Shown here piece by piece: positions 48,950 through 57,413 of a DNA stretch of 64,000 nt; position 1 is the stretch's first letter, and every line of letters starts with the position of its first letter. Source of the stretch: a virus (taxonomy: Duplodnaviria > Caudoviricetes); IMG/VR virus record IMGVR_UViG_3300021431_000086, positions 32,001 through 96,000 of that record. One strand, given 5' to 3'. The position numbers were made by a program, and so were the translations under genes. The notes under the pieces are model-generated. The model was not told the DNA's origin, searched no databases, and saw nothing but the letters and a program-made list of their open reading frames with translations.

Positions 48950-49344
48950 TTCTTTGGTTTCTTTAATGGGTTGACATAGATATTCCACGTTCCGACCTTT
49001 TCTTCAGCATTGGCACCATAGATGCGATGTACCACCTCATAGTGATGGTGTGCGCCATCTTTCCATATCACAATGCGCTCGTCAACATCGGGCACGCTGC
49101 ACGTCCAAAGGTCGGCAATGATTTCGTCGTTGCTGTTGTTGAAAACATAGACGTGCATCTTCCCGTCCTTCGTCTCTTGCCAATATTTATAATCTTGTCT
49201 AACCTTGCATAAGAAGTAGGACACATCTGCGCAAAGGTCGCTCACTCTGATGGCTCCCGTGTCCGTCTGCTTGTTCTCGTTCTCTTTCACGCACTGGTTT
49301 AGTGCTGCGATGGCTTGATGAATGTTTTCGTAATTAATTGTCAT
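48946..49344 (-). CDS. hypothetical phage protein
   Basis: 132 aa, AAGGAACTATG start. Confidence 0.65.
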   Translation of the reverse strand: MTINYENIHQAIAALNQCVKENENKQTDTGAIRVSDLCADVSYFLCKVRQDYKYWQETKDGKMHVYVFNNSNDEIIADLWTCSVPDVDERIVIWKDGAHHHYEVVHRIYGANAEEKVGTWNIYVNPLKKPKK

Positions 49345-49365
49345 AGTTCCTTGATGTTTTAATTG

Positions 49366-49530
49366 TTATAGTCCATACCGGCGGCGTTGTGCTGCCAGTC
49401 TTTCTTCGTAGGTCATGTCGGTGGCGATGGCTGTGCGCCTCACTATCTCGCACCGCTGCTCAAACGAGCGGTTGGGATCGAAGGCAAAGCGGCCCACCCT
49501 GCATTCCTGCTCAAAGGTCTTGGCAGTCAT
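49366..49530 (-). CDS. small hypothetical protein (MTAKTFEQ...), not in ORF track
   Basis: Read by hand: 54 aa, AGGAGG upstream, ATGA overlap. Confidence 0.5.
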   Translation of the reverse strand: MTAKTFEQECRVGRFAFDPNRSFEQRCEIVRRTAIATDMTYEERLAAQRRRYGL

Positions 49531-49985
49531 TGCTTGCCCTCCTTATCTATGATTTCCTTGACTTCATCCTGTGTGAAGATAAAATCCTTGCCGTATGCTT
49601 GCAAACAGCAGCAGACCACCTCTTCGCCAACAGCCTTATAATATTCTGCGACATGATAGAGGTTTGGAATGGTGAGAGGGTCGAACTCTTCCTTGTGCGC
49701 CTTGATGCGGTGTATCGCATTGTATCGGTGCAATCCAATCTCGCTCATCATTAGTCCGTAGTCGAGCCAGCCTTTCCTCTGACTTTCCTCTTCGATGCCC
49801 GGAGGTGTCGGTTCTTCCTGCTTCATCTCTTCGATGGCACTCTTTACAAGCTCCAGTGCCTCAATCTCGGCAGCAACCAGGCATTCTTCTGTCGTGCCCA
49901 TTGGGTCGGGGGTGCAGTTACGTTTTAGCCCGTCGATGATTCCATCAATCTTGGCTGTTATTTTCTCTGAATCAATATACTTCAT
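49527..49985 (-). CDS. hypothetical phage protein (MKYIDSEK...QEEP type)
   Basis: 152 aa, AACTATG start. Confidence 0.65.
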   Translation of the reverse strand: MKYIDSEKITAKIDGIIDGLKRNCTPDPMGTTEECLVAAEIEALELVKSAIEEMKQEEPTPPGIEEESQRKGWLDYGLMMSEIGLHRYNAIHRIKAHKEEFDPLTIPNLYHVAEYYKAVGEEVVCCCLQAYGKDFIFTQDEVKEIIDKEGKQ

Positions 49986-49994
49986 AGTTCCATT

Positions 49995-50276
49995 TTATTT
50001 TAAGTTTACTCCTCGTTTTAATTCCTTCCACGCAAATGAGGCAGTATATCTTCTTATACCATACTCATTTCTCACACTGCCATTCCTTACCTCGTCGGAT
50101 TGTTTTAGCAAGCTATTGCCTATCCACCAGGCAAATATTGCTATTTTATCTACCACAAATTCAAAGGGACGCGAGATTAGACGACATAGATGGCATACAA
50201 GGGCGAATGGTAATGCAATCACCACGAGGATACAACGAACGGCTATCTCTATCCGGGATAAATGTTGTAACTTCAT
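49995..50276 (-). CDS. hypothetical membrane protein
   Basis: Hydrophobic stretch CILVVIALPFALVC. Confidence 0.55.
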   Translation of the reverse strand: MKLQHLSRIEIAVRCILVVIALPFALVCHLCRLISRPFEFVVDKIAIFAWWIGNSLLKQSDEVRNGSVRNEYGIRRYTASFAWKELKRGVNLK

Positions 50277-50713
50277 TTTTCCTCCTCCTTGATTCTCGCT
50301 TCAATGTTTACTAATACGTTGTCTAACGTCTTACCCGTGTACTTGGGCAGTAGTTCATTGAGTACTTCCCTCTGACGCTTAAGGATGTCCAGCTCCGTGA
50401 GAGTCGGTTGGTGTTCTTCAATACCTGGCCCGAAACCCCAATGAAACTTATCACCTAATTCAAATATTTTAGCGGCAAGCTGATTCCCAATTTCGTCCAT
50501 TTGCGCTTCTACTGCCTTCCGCTTGCCTTTCTGGTAGGCGTCAAGCAAATCAGTTAGGTGCTGTTTCCGCTCCTCTTCTATCTTTTTAAGTTCAAAAGCT
50601 CTACCGGCAGAGAAGAAGTAATAAGCGGATTTTGTTCTTCCATCATTAAATGGAAGCTCTTCTCCATAGTACTCCATCATTACTTGGGTGACATCTTTAA
50701 CTTCTTTTTCCAT
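50273..50713 (-). CDS. hypothetical phage protein
   Basis: 146-aa ORF in the array. Confidence 0.6.
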   Translation of the reverse strand: MEKEVKDVTQVMMEYYGEELPFNDGRTKSAYYFFSAGRAFELKKIEEERKQHLTDLLDAYQKGKRKAVEAQMDEIGNQLAAKIFELGDKFHWGFGPGIEEHQPTLTELDILKRQREVLNELLPKYTGKTLDNVLVNIEARIKEEEK

Positions 50714-50717
50714 ACTC

Positions 50718-50957
50718 TTATTTTCCTTTCATTGCCTTTTTGAAGTTACTAAAATAGTCGCAATCATGCCTACAGATGTGAATGGGTACTGTATGAGGAT
50801 AGTGTCCACAAACTTTACAATACGCATCACAAACCTTCTCAATAAAAGCATCGGTACGGGTATATTCAATATATTCTCGTTCAAATGGTATTTCTTCTGT
50901 ATAATAATGTAAACCATCTTCAACTGAAGTAAAATAAATCTTCTCTGGTGCATCCAT
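50718..50957 (-). CDS. hypothetical phage protein ('APEKIY...EYTRTDAFIEK' type)
   Basis: Shares the IEK.C...FKK.M module with 3628-3951. Confidence 0.65.
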   Translation of the reverse strand: MDAPEKIYFTSVEDGLHYYTEEIPFEREYIEYTRTDAFIEKVCDAYCKVCGHYPHTVPIHICRHDCDYFSNFKKAMKGK

Positions 50958-50960
50958 AAA

Positions 50961-51404
50961 TTATAAAACTATTTCTTTTTTAATTCTACGCAACCTCAAT
51001 GCGTGTTGTAATTCGTGGACGTAGAGGATAATAAACGGAGTGTTATTGGTATCTTCATCGTCATAGTCAGAAGTGACAACAATGCGATAGCCACAATCGT
51101 CTGTACCCTGAAGCATCAATCCACCACCAACCCACGTTTGCGGAAAGAACTTTTCATCTTCGTTGTTGTAAACCCAACCGTTCTTTTCAAGAATCTCTGG
51201 AGTGAGGGGAATAAAGCTAAGAATATCTAAGGCAAAATCTTCATATCTTTGTTTCTCACTAAGCCTATCATTAGGGTCACGATGACATCTTATATAATCC
51301 AACTCACCATCTGATGTACGATTGATTCCTTCTACCTTTGTGCAGTAGTTGTTAGGCCTGCTATAACACACCCAATCCCCAATCATTAAATCTTTTGCTT
51401 CCAT
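50961..51404 (-). CDS. hypothetical phage protein, 'IPLTPEIL...HELQH' family copy 3
   Basis: MEAKDLMIGDWV...IPLTPEILEKNG...YVHELQHALRL. Confidence 0.75.
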   Translation of the reverse strand: MEAKDLMIGDWVCYSRPNNYCTKVEGINRTSDGELDYIRCHRDPNDRLSEKQRYEDFALDILSFIPLTPEILEKNGWVYNNEDEKFFPQTWVGGGLMLQGTDDCGYRIVVTSDYDDEDTNNTPFIILYVHELQHALRLRRIKKEIVL

Positions 51405-51408
51405 AACT

Positions 51409-51648
51409 TTATGCTTTAGGTATTAAGTAAAAATCGTTAAACAATTCTTCTATATGCTTATCAGTCCAGATTGGCTCTTTGGTTTCGTCAACTGAAGCCT
51501 GATACCAACTTTGAAGATAAGCCATACTCACAGCGTTTGGGTGTTTATCCGCCCATCTTGCGCCACACATAAAAGACGTTCTGCCGTCACAATTACTGCT
51601 ATGCTTTCTTGCGGCAGCATAAATACTGTTATCCCTTTTTGTCATCAT
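51409..51648 (-). CDS. hypothetical phage protein
   Basis: F..GARWADKHP motif; start taken at MMTKRD. Confidence 0.55.
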   Translation of the reverse strand: MMTKRDNSIYAAARKHSSNCDGRTSFMCGARWADKHPNAVSMAYLQSWYQASVDETKEPIWTDKHIEELFNDFYLIPKA

Positions 51649-51655
51649 AATTCTT

Positions 51656-51796
51656 TTATTTTGAACATTTTGGGCAATAATGAACGTGAAGGCCATTGCC
51701 ATACGTCCATCCTTTTGGTAATGGCTGGTCTGGGTCTAACACTTCCGTCAGTGCGCCACAGTTGTCACATGCGTATTGTACTAAAGTGTAATCCAT
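51656..51796 (-). CDS. small zinc-ribbon protein (CDNCG...HYCPKC), not in ORF track
   Basis: Read by hand: 46 aa with two CxxC, AGGAGG upstream. Confidence 0.55.
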   Translation of the reverse strand: MDYTLVQYACDNCGALTEVLDPDQPLPKGWTYGNGLHVHYCPKCSK

Positions 51797-51800
51797 AATT

Positions 51801-53084
51801 CTATCCTCCTATTCTTTGTTTAAGTGTTCTTAGCCAATCGACAATCTTTCCCATCTTACCGGAGTCGGTCGGGATGCCGTCTTCAAGTACGGCCAATAGA
51901 TAGCCCAGTGTCCTATCGTCCTCTTCACTCCAACTTGTTTCCTCTTTACAGTCACTTACAGCACTTTTAACCTTCTCGAACTCTTTCTTTACAAGTAGTG
52001 CTGCATCATCTGCGGGATTTTCTACAAACACATAATCAGTATCGAGTATATAGGTTGAAACCCAACCTCCTGCAATACCACTCTCTCGTATTTCGGAAAT
52101 AAACCATTCTTCATAATTTTCAGGGTCAGCTGCTTTTGCTATCTGCCATCTCTTTCCATTGTCATCTTTGAGTCTAACAATGTCACCAGGTTTCCAAGAA
52201 TGTTTTTCTACAATTTTCTTCGACTCCTTTGCATCCCATTCATATCCTGATTCCTTCATCTTTGAGAATAGAAGTTCACGCTGTTCTTTAGTGGCTGGAT
52301 GAATATCCATTTTATCTTGTTCTGTTAGGGAATAAAGACTATCCGTTATAAATCTTTTACCATCATAGCAACAATAATAAACAAAACCGCCAAAGGTTGT
52401 TTCTTGTTTAGTGCAATTCTTTATATCGTGCTTATATAGTGAAATTTCATCTTCATAAACAAGCACATCGCCAACCTTTGCGTCTTCGATAGACCAAAGT
52501 CTATAGGATTCCTCAAACACATTGAAGTGATTATAGCCTTTATATCCATATATAGACTCGATTGTATAATAGCCATTCTTAATATCAGTAATTTTACAAA
52601 CACGATAATCTTCGTGAGCTTTGTTCGATATAATCCAATCACCTACATGGAACTTTGGCTCGACCTTATCAGCAGGATTACCTTGCTTTTCAAACCTATG
52701 CAAATCTTCTATCAAGGTCTCCAAAACACCTTCATAATAGTTACCTTTTTCAGTATCGGAGCAACTATTATAGGCATAATCTAAGGCTTCGTATTGTTCC
52801 TTAGTTGGTTTCCAGTAGGATTTCGGTTCACCTTGCTTTTCAAGCCAAGTGAGAAGTTCTTCTTGCGAAGTGTGGTGTGTATAATAAAAGTCTGCAAGTT
52901 CTTCTTCCACACTCATAAGAGCAATCTTGATGTTTTTCCTTATCCTTTCATCATAGTCCTCGGCAAGCTGGGGAAATACCTCCTCAAGTACACCTATTGT
53001 GACGGCACTTTCGGTATTCTGCTTTGCCTCCCTGGCCCTTTCAAGAGCTTCATCATAGGCTCTTGCTTTTTCTTCTGTATTCAT
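51801..53084 (-). CDS. modular hypothetical phage protein ('EEKARAYDEALERA' type)
   Basis: 427 aa built from short modules separated by EKQG, PKF.VGDW, WKP and WSEED linkers. Confidence 0.75.
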   Translation of the reverse strand: MNTEEKARAYDEALERAREAKQNTESAVTIGVLEEVFPQLAEDYDERIRKNIKIALMSVEEELADFYYTHHTSQEELLTWLEKQGEPKSYWKPTKEQYEALDYAYNSCSDTEKGNYYEGVLETLIEDLHRFEKQGNPADKVEPKFHVGDWIISNKAHEDYRVCKITDIKNGYYTIESIYGYKGYNHFNVFEESYRLWSIEDAKVGDVLVYEDEISLYKHDIKNCTKQETTFGGFVYYCCYDGKRFITDSLYSLTEQDKMDIHPATKEQRELLFSKMKESGYEWDAKESKKIVEKHSWKPGDIVRLKDDNGKRWQIAKAADPENYEEWFISEIRESGIAGGWVSTYILDTDYVFVENPADDAALLVKKEFEKVKSAVSDCKEETSWSEEDDRTLGYLLAVLEDGIPTDSGKMGKIVDWLRTLKQRIGG

Positions 53085-53135
53085 AGTTACAATAAGATTT
53101 TAGTTATTTTACTTTTGCGCCTCAAAGTACAATAG

Positions 53136-53396
53136 TCATAGTTTATTATCCTTTCGTTCAAATTTATCACATGCTTTATTAGAAAGGTTCACACAATAGT
53201 GCCGAGGGTATTTCTTGCCCCATGTCCTTACCATACACTGGTACTGGATGGGCCACTTGGGATTAGGAGCACAATGCCTGCAATTCCTACACCGCAACGC
53301 AGTCTTCATTTCTTCCGCTTTCTGCGCCTTGGCGATTTCAGTTCTTCTTTTGAGTTCGGCTTTTAACTCTTCGGCTGTATAATCTTTAAGTTCCAT
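53136..53396 (-). CDS. small Cys-rich protein
   Basis: LKDYT.EELKAELKRR followed by CRNCRHC...ACDKF. Confidence 0.65.
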   Translation of the reverse strand: MELKDYTAEELKAELKRRTEIAKAQKAEEMKTALRCRNCRHCAPNPKWPIQYQCMVRTWGKKYPRHYCVNLSNKACDKFERKDNKL

Positions 53397-53397
53397 A

Positions 53398-53814
53398 TTA
53401 CAATAAGTTTAGTTCATGCAACTTTAATATTATTTCGTAGCAAGCATCAACTGCTTCTTTATTATACACATCATATATATCGGTTGAAAGTCTATAAACA
53501 TCTTCCAACAGATTCGCCCTACCATCAGAGGTTCGTTTGAGATAAACAAATTCAAAATATCCACATTTATCTTTAATTAAACTAAACAATGTCACAAGAC
53601 TCCAACAAGGAATAAGTTCCCAATATTTATCCCATCCGTGGAGTGCTTCGTTAAATACGTCTTGCATTTCTTTTACGGTGTAAAGATTAGCGGAGAATTT
53701 ATCTGTATAATTAACCCCTTTTATAGAGTTATTGCACCAAGCCATATCTGCACTCTCAAGTGGCAGTATCTCTGCAAGTTTCTTGCTTTGTTCTATGTCT
53801 GTGTATGATTTCAT
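53398..53814 (-). CDS. hypothetical phage protein ('YTDIEQSKKL...PCWSL' type)
   Basis: 138-aa ORF in the AT-rich block. Confidence 0.7.
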   Translation of the reverse strand: MKSYTDIEQSKKLAEILPLESADMAWCNNSIKGVNYTDKFSANLYTVKEMQDVFNEALHGWDKYWELIPCWSLVTLFSLIKDKCGYFEFVYLKRTSDGRANLLEDVYRLSTDIYDVYNKEAVDACYEIILKLHELNLL

Positions 53815-53849
53815 CAGTTCTTGATTTTATCCATTAATAATTGACTTTA

Positions 53850-54344
53850 TTAAAAATGTTTTTTACCTCTCCAAAACAATTTGTGATACCAACGAGTCTT
53901 ATATCCGCATTGTTCCTCAAGATACTTTCTAACACAAGGAACTGGACAAATCCATAAGAGTTTCTTATCTACTTCAAATGGAGTGTTCAATACTGGGCAA
54001 GTATATGAATCCTCCCAATCTCTTGCCGTCTTATGGTAGGCATCTATAATTGAAAATGCTTCCTCCTCAGCTTGTTCTCTTGGACAATCATAGCCAACAG
54101 ATTCCTTATAGTGTTTAATAAGGTTTTCCACCGCACGACTTTCTATTCCTATCTTCTCATAGTCCCTCTTGGCAATAGCAATGTGTATTTTTGCGTAAGC
54201 ATTACTGTTGATTTTCCATTGCTGATAAGTCATTATAATATCATAGAAGTAGAACAACAGCTCAGGATAATAAGCAATCGCCCATCTCCTTAAGTCATCA
54301 TACTCATAGTATGAATGAACATACAGTTTGTCTATTGCTGCCAT
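53850..54344 (-). CDS. hypothetical phage protein
   Basis: 164 aa, AACTATG start. Confidence 0.65.
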   Translation of the reverse strand: MAAIDKLYVHSYYEYDDLRRWAIAYYPELLFYFYDIIMTYQQWKINSNAYAKIHIAIAKRDYEKIGIESRAVENLIKHYKESVGYDCPREQAEEEAFSIIDAYHKTARDWEDSYTCPVLNTPFEVDKKLLWICPVPCVRKYLEEQCGYKTRWYHKLFWRGKKHF

Positions 54345-54392
54345 AGTTATTTTATAGTTAATGTGTAATCAAAAGCAATAGATAAGTATAAG

Positions 54393-54437
54393 AATGATGC
54401 CGCGCACCTTCCAGTCAAGTTCTTTCCATTTCATAGT
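54393..54437. repeat. 45-bp perfect direct repeat, copy A
   Basis: AATGATGCCGCGCACCTTCCAGTCAAGTTCTTTCCATTTCATAGT, identical to 55554-55598. Confidence 0.9.
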
Positions 54438-54471
54438 GATGTGAATTAATTGTATTACTTCCCTTACGGGT

Positions 54472-54717
54472 TTATTCTTCCTCGTTGGCATGGTTGAGAT
54501 TCTCACTGTGCAACTTTTTAAGCACCTCATCCTCTATTTCACGGAAGTGTTTGGCAATCCTTTGCACCTTTTCCAACTCCTCAAAATAGTTGTCAGTGAG
54601 CCCTTCAAGCATATCAACAGCCTTAGATGCACGAAGAAGGTTCTTCGTTTCAATCGTAATGATGATGACCAAACCGATAAGCAAAACGGATTGGATGATG
54701 TTTAAAAATATTGTCAT
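54472..54717 (-). CDS. hypothetical membrane protein
   Basis: N-terminal TM segment followed by coiled coil. Confidence 0.6.
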   Translation of the reverse strand: MTIFLNIIQSVLLIGLVIIITIETKNLLRASKAVDMLEGLTDNYFEELEKVQRIAKHFREIEDEVLKKLHSENLNHANEEE

Positions 54718-54737
54718 AGCTTACTTGATTTATAAAG

Positions 54738-54959
54738 TTAATACTTGTCGTTCATGTGCAATTCCCTAACCCTTGTAAGAGTTGCTATCGGGTCTTCCTT
54801 CAGCATGGATGAGGGGAGGATGGGGCACCCGGCAAAGGTAAGCCATATCTCGCCGTCTCGCTCCGTTATCTGGAAATCCTCCTTCACACGTTCGCTACTC
54901 CTGCGCCTTTCACGCAGCTTCACTCTCTCGATGATGTTTGTAATCAGTTTCATAAGCAT
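54738..54959 (-). CDS. hypothetical phage protein
   Basis: 73-aa ORF in the array. Confidence 0.55.
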   Translation of the reverse strand: MLMKLITNIIERVKLRERRRSSERVKEDFQITERDGEIWLTFAGCPILPSSMLKEDPIATLTRVRELHMNDKY

Positions 54960-54971
54960 TATGGATTTTTT

Positions 54972-55193
54972 CTATTCCTCAAAATTAAGTCCTAAGATAG
55001 CCACCCACTTCTCCGGGTTGCGCAACTTGCCTTCCTCAATCATCTTCTTTATCTGCTCCTTGGTGGCACGGGTGCGTTCCCATTCGGCATAGTCCCGCTC
55101 CCGCTTCTTTGACTGCATCTCCATACGGTACCTGCCACGCTCTTGCTGAAGGTCGCGCCAGAAGGGCTGCAAGGCTCCAAGAAACTCCTGCAT
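54972..55193 (-). CDS. hypothetical protein
   Basis: 73-aa ORF, start uncertain. Confidence 0.45.
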   Translation of the reverse strand: MQEFLGALQPFWRDLQQERGRYRMEMQSKKRERDYAEWERTRATKEQIKKMIEEGKLRNPEKWVAILGLNFEE

Positions 55194-55221
55194 GTTGGGA
55201 CGGTTGGTGGAGTATATCTTG

Positions 55222-55443
55222 CTACACCTGCTTATTTATATACGCTTTTACAGCTTTCATATTTGCCATATCTGCCTCAATATTACCCATGTGGGGGATT
55301 ACATCATCATAAGCAATATATGAAATAAGATTCTGAAGTAATTGCTGACTCTCGGACTCAGACAATTCCATGTCATACGCCTCTTTGTACATCTTCCTTG
55401 CCGCTTTCAAACATTCAGCAGCCCTTTTTTCAATTTCTTTCAT
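55222..55443 (-). CDS. hypothetical protein (MKEIEK...)
   Basis: Internal ATG of track ORF 55222-55488. Confidence 0.5.
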   Translation of the reverse strand: MKEIEKRAAECLKAARKMYKEAYDMELSESESQQLLQNLISYIAYDDVIPHMGNIEADMANMKAVKAYINKQV

Positions 55444-55493
55444 CCTAATTTGAGGGTTAAGGAGAGAGGAGCGAGCCCCTCTCTCCATTCGTT

Positions 55494-55595
55494 TTACGTC
55501 AGCGAGGACAGCATGGCCAAGCCGAACAACACAGCTGCGACGGCGACAATACCAATGATGCCGCGCACCTTCCAGTCAAGTTCTTTCCATTTCAT
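55494..55595 (-). CDS. small TM peptide MKWKELDWKVRGIIGIVAVAAVLFGLAMLSSLT
   Basis: Read by hand: 33 aa, AACTATG start; its 5' end is duplicated at 54393-54437. Confidence 0.5.
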   Translation of the reverse strand: MKWKELDWKVRGIIGIVAVAAVLFGLAMLSSLT

Positions 55596-55598
55596 AGT
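55554..55598. repeat. 45-bp perfect direct repeat, copy B
   Basis: Identical to 54393-54437. Confidence 0.9.
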
Positions 55599-55763
55599 TG
55601 TAATAATTAAGTTAATAATATCCCATGCGGGAATCTATTTATGCAATAAATATTCATTAATTCTTATGGTCAGTGTTTCGCATCCTGCATACAGTGCGGA
55701 CACCCCATGTGGCAGCGTGATGTGAACATGATTAACATAATGTTGAGCTTTTTATTGAGGCTA

Positions 55764-56888
55764 TTATTTCTTCTTAATCTTACTATTCATTTTCTCTATC
55801 TCCTTGGCCTCCTTGGTCATCGTGTTCAGGATGTCGAGGACGAAAGGGAGGTTCGAGTCATACACCTGCTGCTGCTCGGCATATCCGGCGTACTTCATCA
55901 CGATGTTGATGGTGCCCACCTCGCCGGTGAGGGCGTCGCGCAGGGGGTCGCTCTTGCCGCTGTCCTGGAAGAGGAGGGGATAGACGTGGGAGTAATACTG
56001 GATGGCAGTCTGGTAGCACTGGAAGCAGATGTGGAAGAGGGTAGAAATCTGAGTATCCCGATTACTCTGATTACTCTGAGAGAGCCGCCTTTCCCACCAC
56101 CGGGCCAGCCCATCGGCTTGTTCGGCATTGTAGCGAAACTCCCAGTGGGGACGGAGGCGGATGCTGCCGCCGCTGGTGTCGAGCAGGGCGAAGGAGCGTG
56201 GCACGAGGCAGTGGGCGAGGAACTGGGCTTGCAGGTGGAGCACCTGTCCGTCGGTGTTGCCCTCCTGAAAGAGCTGGGGGGCGATGGCTTGCAGGGAGCG
56301 GTATTGCTGCCAGGTGAGGTTGTTCATTGCCACCTGTGGGAGGGAGAACACCTTAGTTGAGAGTTGAGAGTTGAGAGTTGAAAGTCTCTGCCACCACTTG
56401 CGCTTCTCGCCGGGAATTATGAACCCTGCATTGTAAATTGTGCATTTGTCGATGGGCAGCTCCATCGCGTCGCGGAAGCCGCTGACGTACCCGCTGACTG
56501 CCTCGCGCCGTTCCTTCGTGACCTTGCCCTGCTCGTCGCGCTCCTCCTTCTCGCCCGGATCGCCGTAGGGGAAGTCGAACCAGGTGAGGGCATGGCGGGC
56601 GAGGTGGGCCAGTTCTCTTGCCGTCACCGTGAAGAACCGCCCATCCTTGCCCTTCAGGGAGTAGGTGGCTTCGCCAGTCTGCCGGCTGAACGACGCGCCG
56701 GAATCGTGCCGCACCGTCAGTCCGCAGAGGGTGAGCAGTGCCGCCGCCCGCGCCACGTCGGAGTTGCCGCCAAAGCGCATCTTCACCGTCCAGCAGTCGG
56801 TGAGCTGCTGCCAGGTGAGCTCGCTCCAGCTCTTGGGGAGAGCAGGAAGTGGGGTAGTGCTATGTGTCGGGTTGCTCATTGCTGCCAT
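55764..56888 (-). CDS. conserved Bacteroidota-phage protein ('LP.SW.ELT..QL' type, possibly morphogenesis)
   Basis: 374 aa, GC-rich like the virion genes; carries in-frame 7-mer and 9-mer arrays. Confidence 0.65.
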   Translation of the reverse strand: MAAMSNPTHSTTPLPALPKSWSELTWQQLTDCWTVKMRFGGNSDVARAAALLTLCGLTVRHDSGASFSRQTGEATYSLKGKDGRFFTVTARELAHLARHALTWFDFPYGDPGEKEERDEQGKVTKERREAVSGYVSGFRDAMELPIDKCTIYNAGFIIPGEKRKWWQRLSTLNSQLSTKVFSLPQVAMNNLTWQQYRSLQAIAPQLFQEGNTDGQVLHLQAQFLAHCLVPRSFALLDTSGGSIRLRPHWEFRYNAEQADGLARWWERRLSQSNQSNRDTQISTLFHICFQCYQTAIQYYSHVYPLLFQDSGKSDPLRDALTGEVGTINIVMKYAGYAEQQQVYDSNLPFVLDILNTMTKEAKEIEKMNSKIKKK

Positions 56889-56931
56889 ATCAATTCGTGC
56901 AATTCTTTCAATTCGTGGCCTGAAAAAAATC

Positions 56932-57363
56932 TCAGGGCATCATCCCCATCCGTTGCAGCAATCGCCGTATCTCAGCACTCACCTTATACTTCTGCGTGAC
57001 GGCAATCACCTTCACCCCGTCGGCCAGGCCATACTGCGTGCAGCACCACTCCCGCTTCTGCATCGTGGGGCGGTTGCCGCTAAAGATGGGTCCCTTCATC
57101 AGGTCGTCCTTCTTCGGGTCGCGGTAGGTGGCGGTGGCAGGGCGGAGCAGTGTGTCGGGCACCTCCATCGTCACGCACCAGTCGGGGTAGCAGCAGCCCG
57201 AGAGCCAATGTATCGCCTCTTCGGGCGGCTCCGTAAAGAAGCAGAAGCCCACGGCATCCGTCCGCTGTCCCCGCTCCCGTGCATGGTCGGTGGCGTTCAT
57301 CAGCTTGCCGCCGCTAATGAGGCATTCATACTCTGCCTCTGACATGAATCGGTGTACGGTCAT
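56932..57363 (-). CDS. hypothetical phage protein
   Basis: VHRFMS..EY...GFCFF...EWCCTQY. Confidence 0.65.
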   Translation of the reverse strand: MTVHRFMSEAEYECLISGGKLMNATDHARERGQRTDAVGFCFFTEPPEEAIHWLSGCCYPDWCVTMEVPDTLLRPATATYRDPKKDDLMKGPIFSGNRPTMQKREWCCTQYGLADGVKVIAVTQKYKVSAEIRRLLQRMGMMP

Positions 57364-57413
57364 ATATCACGTTTTTTAGCTGTACCAGATTTCGGGATAA
57401 TTCTCTTCGTATA

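Noticed and set aside
53110-53118. TACTTTTGC promoter-like box on the + strand
   Set aside because: It points antisense to all local genes and has no clear -33 partner; it cannot be supported without transcript data.
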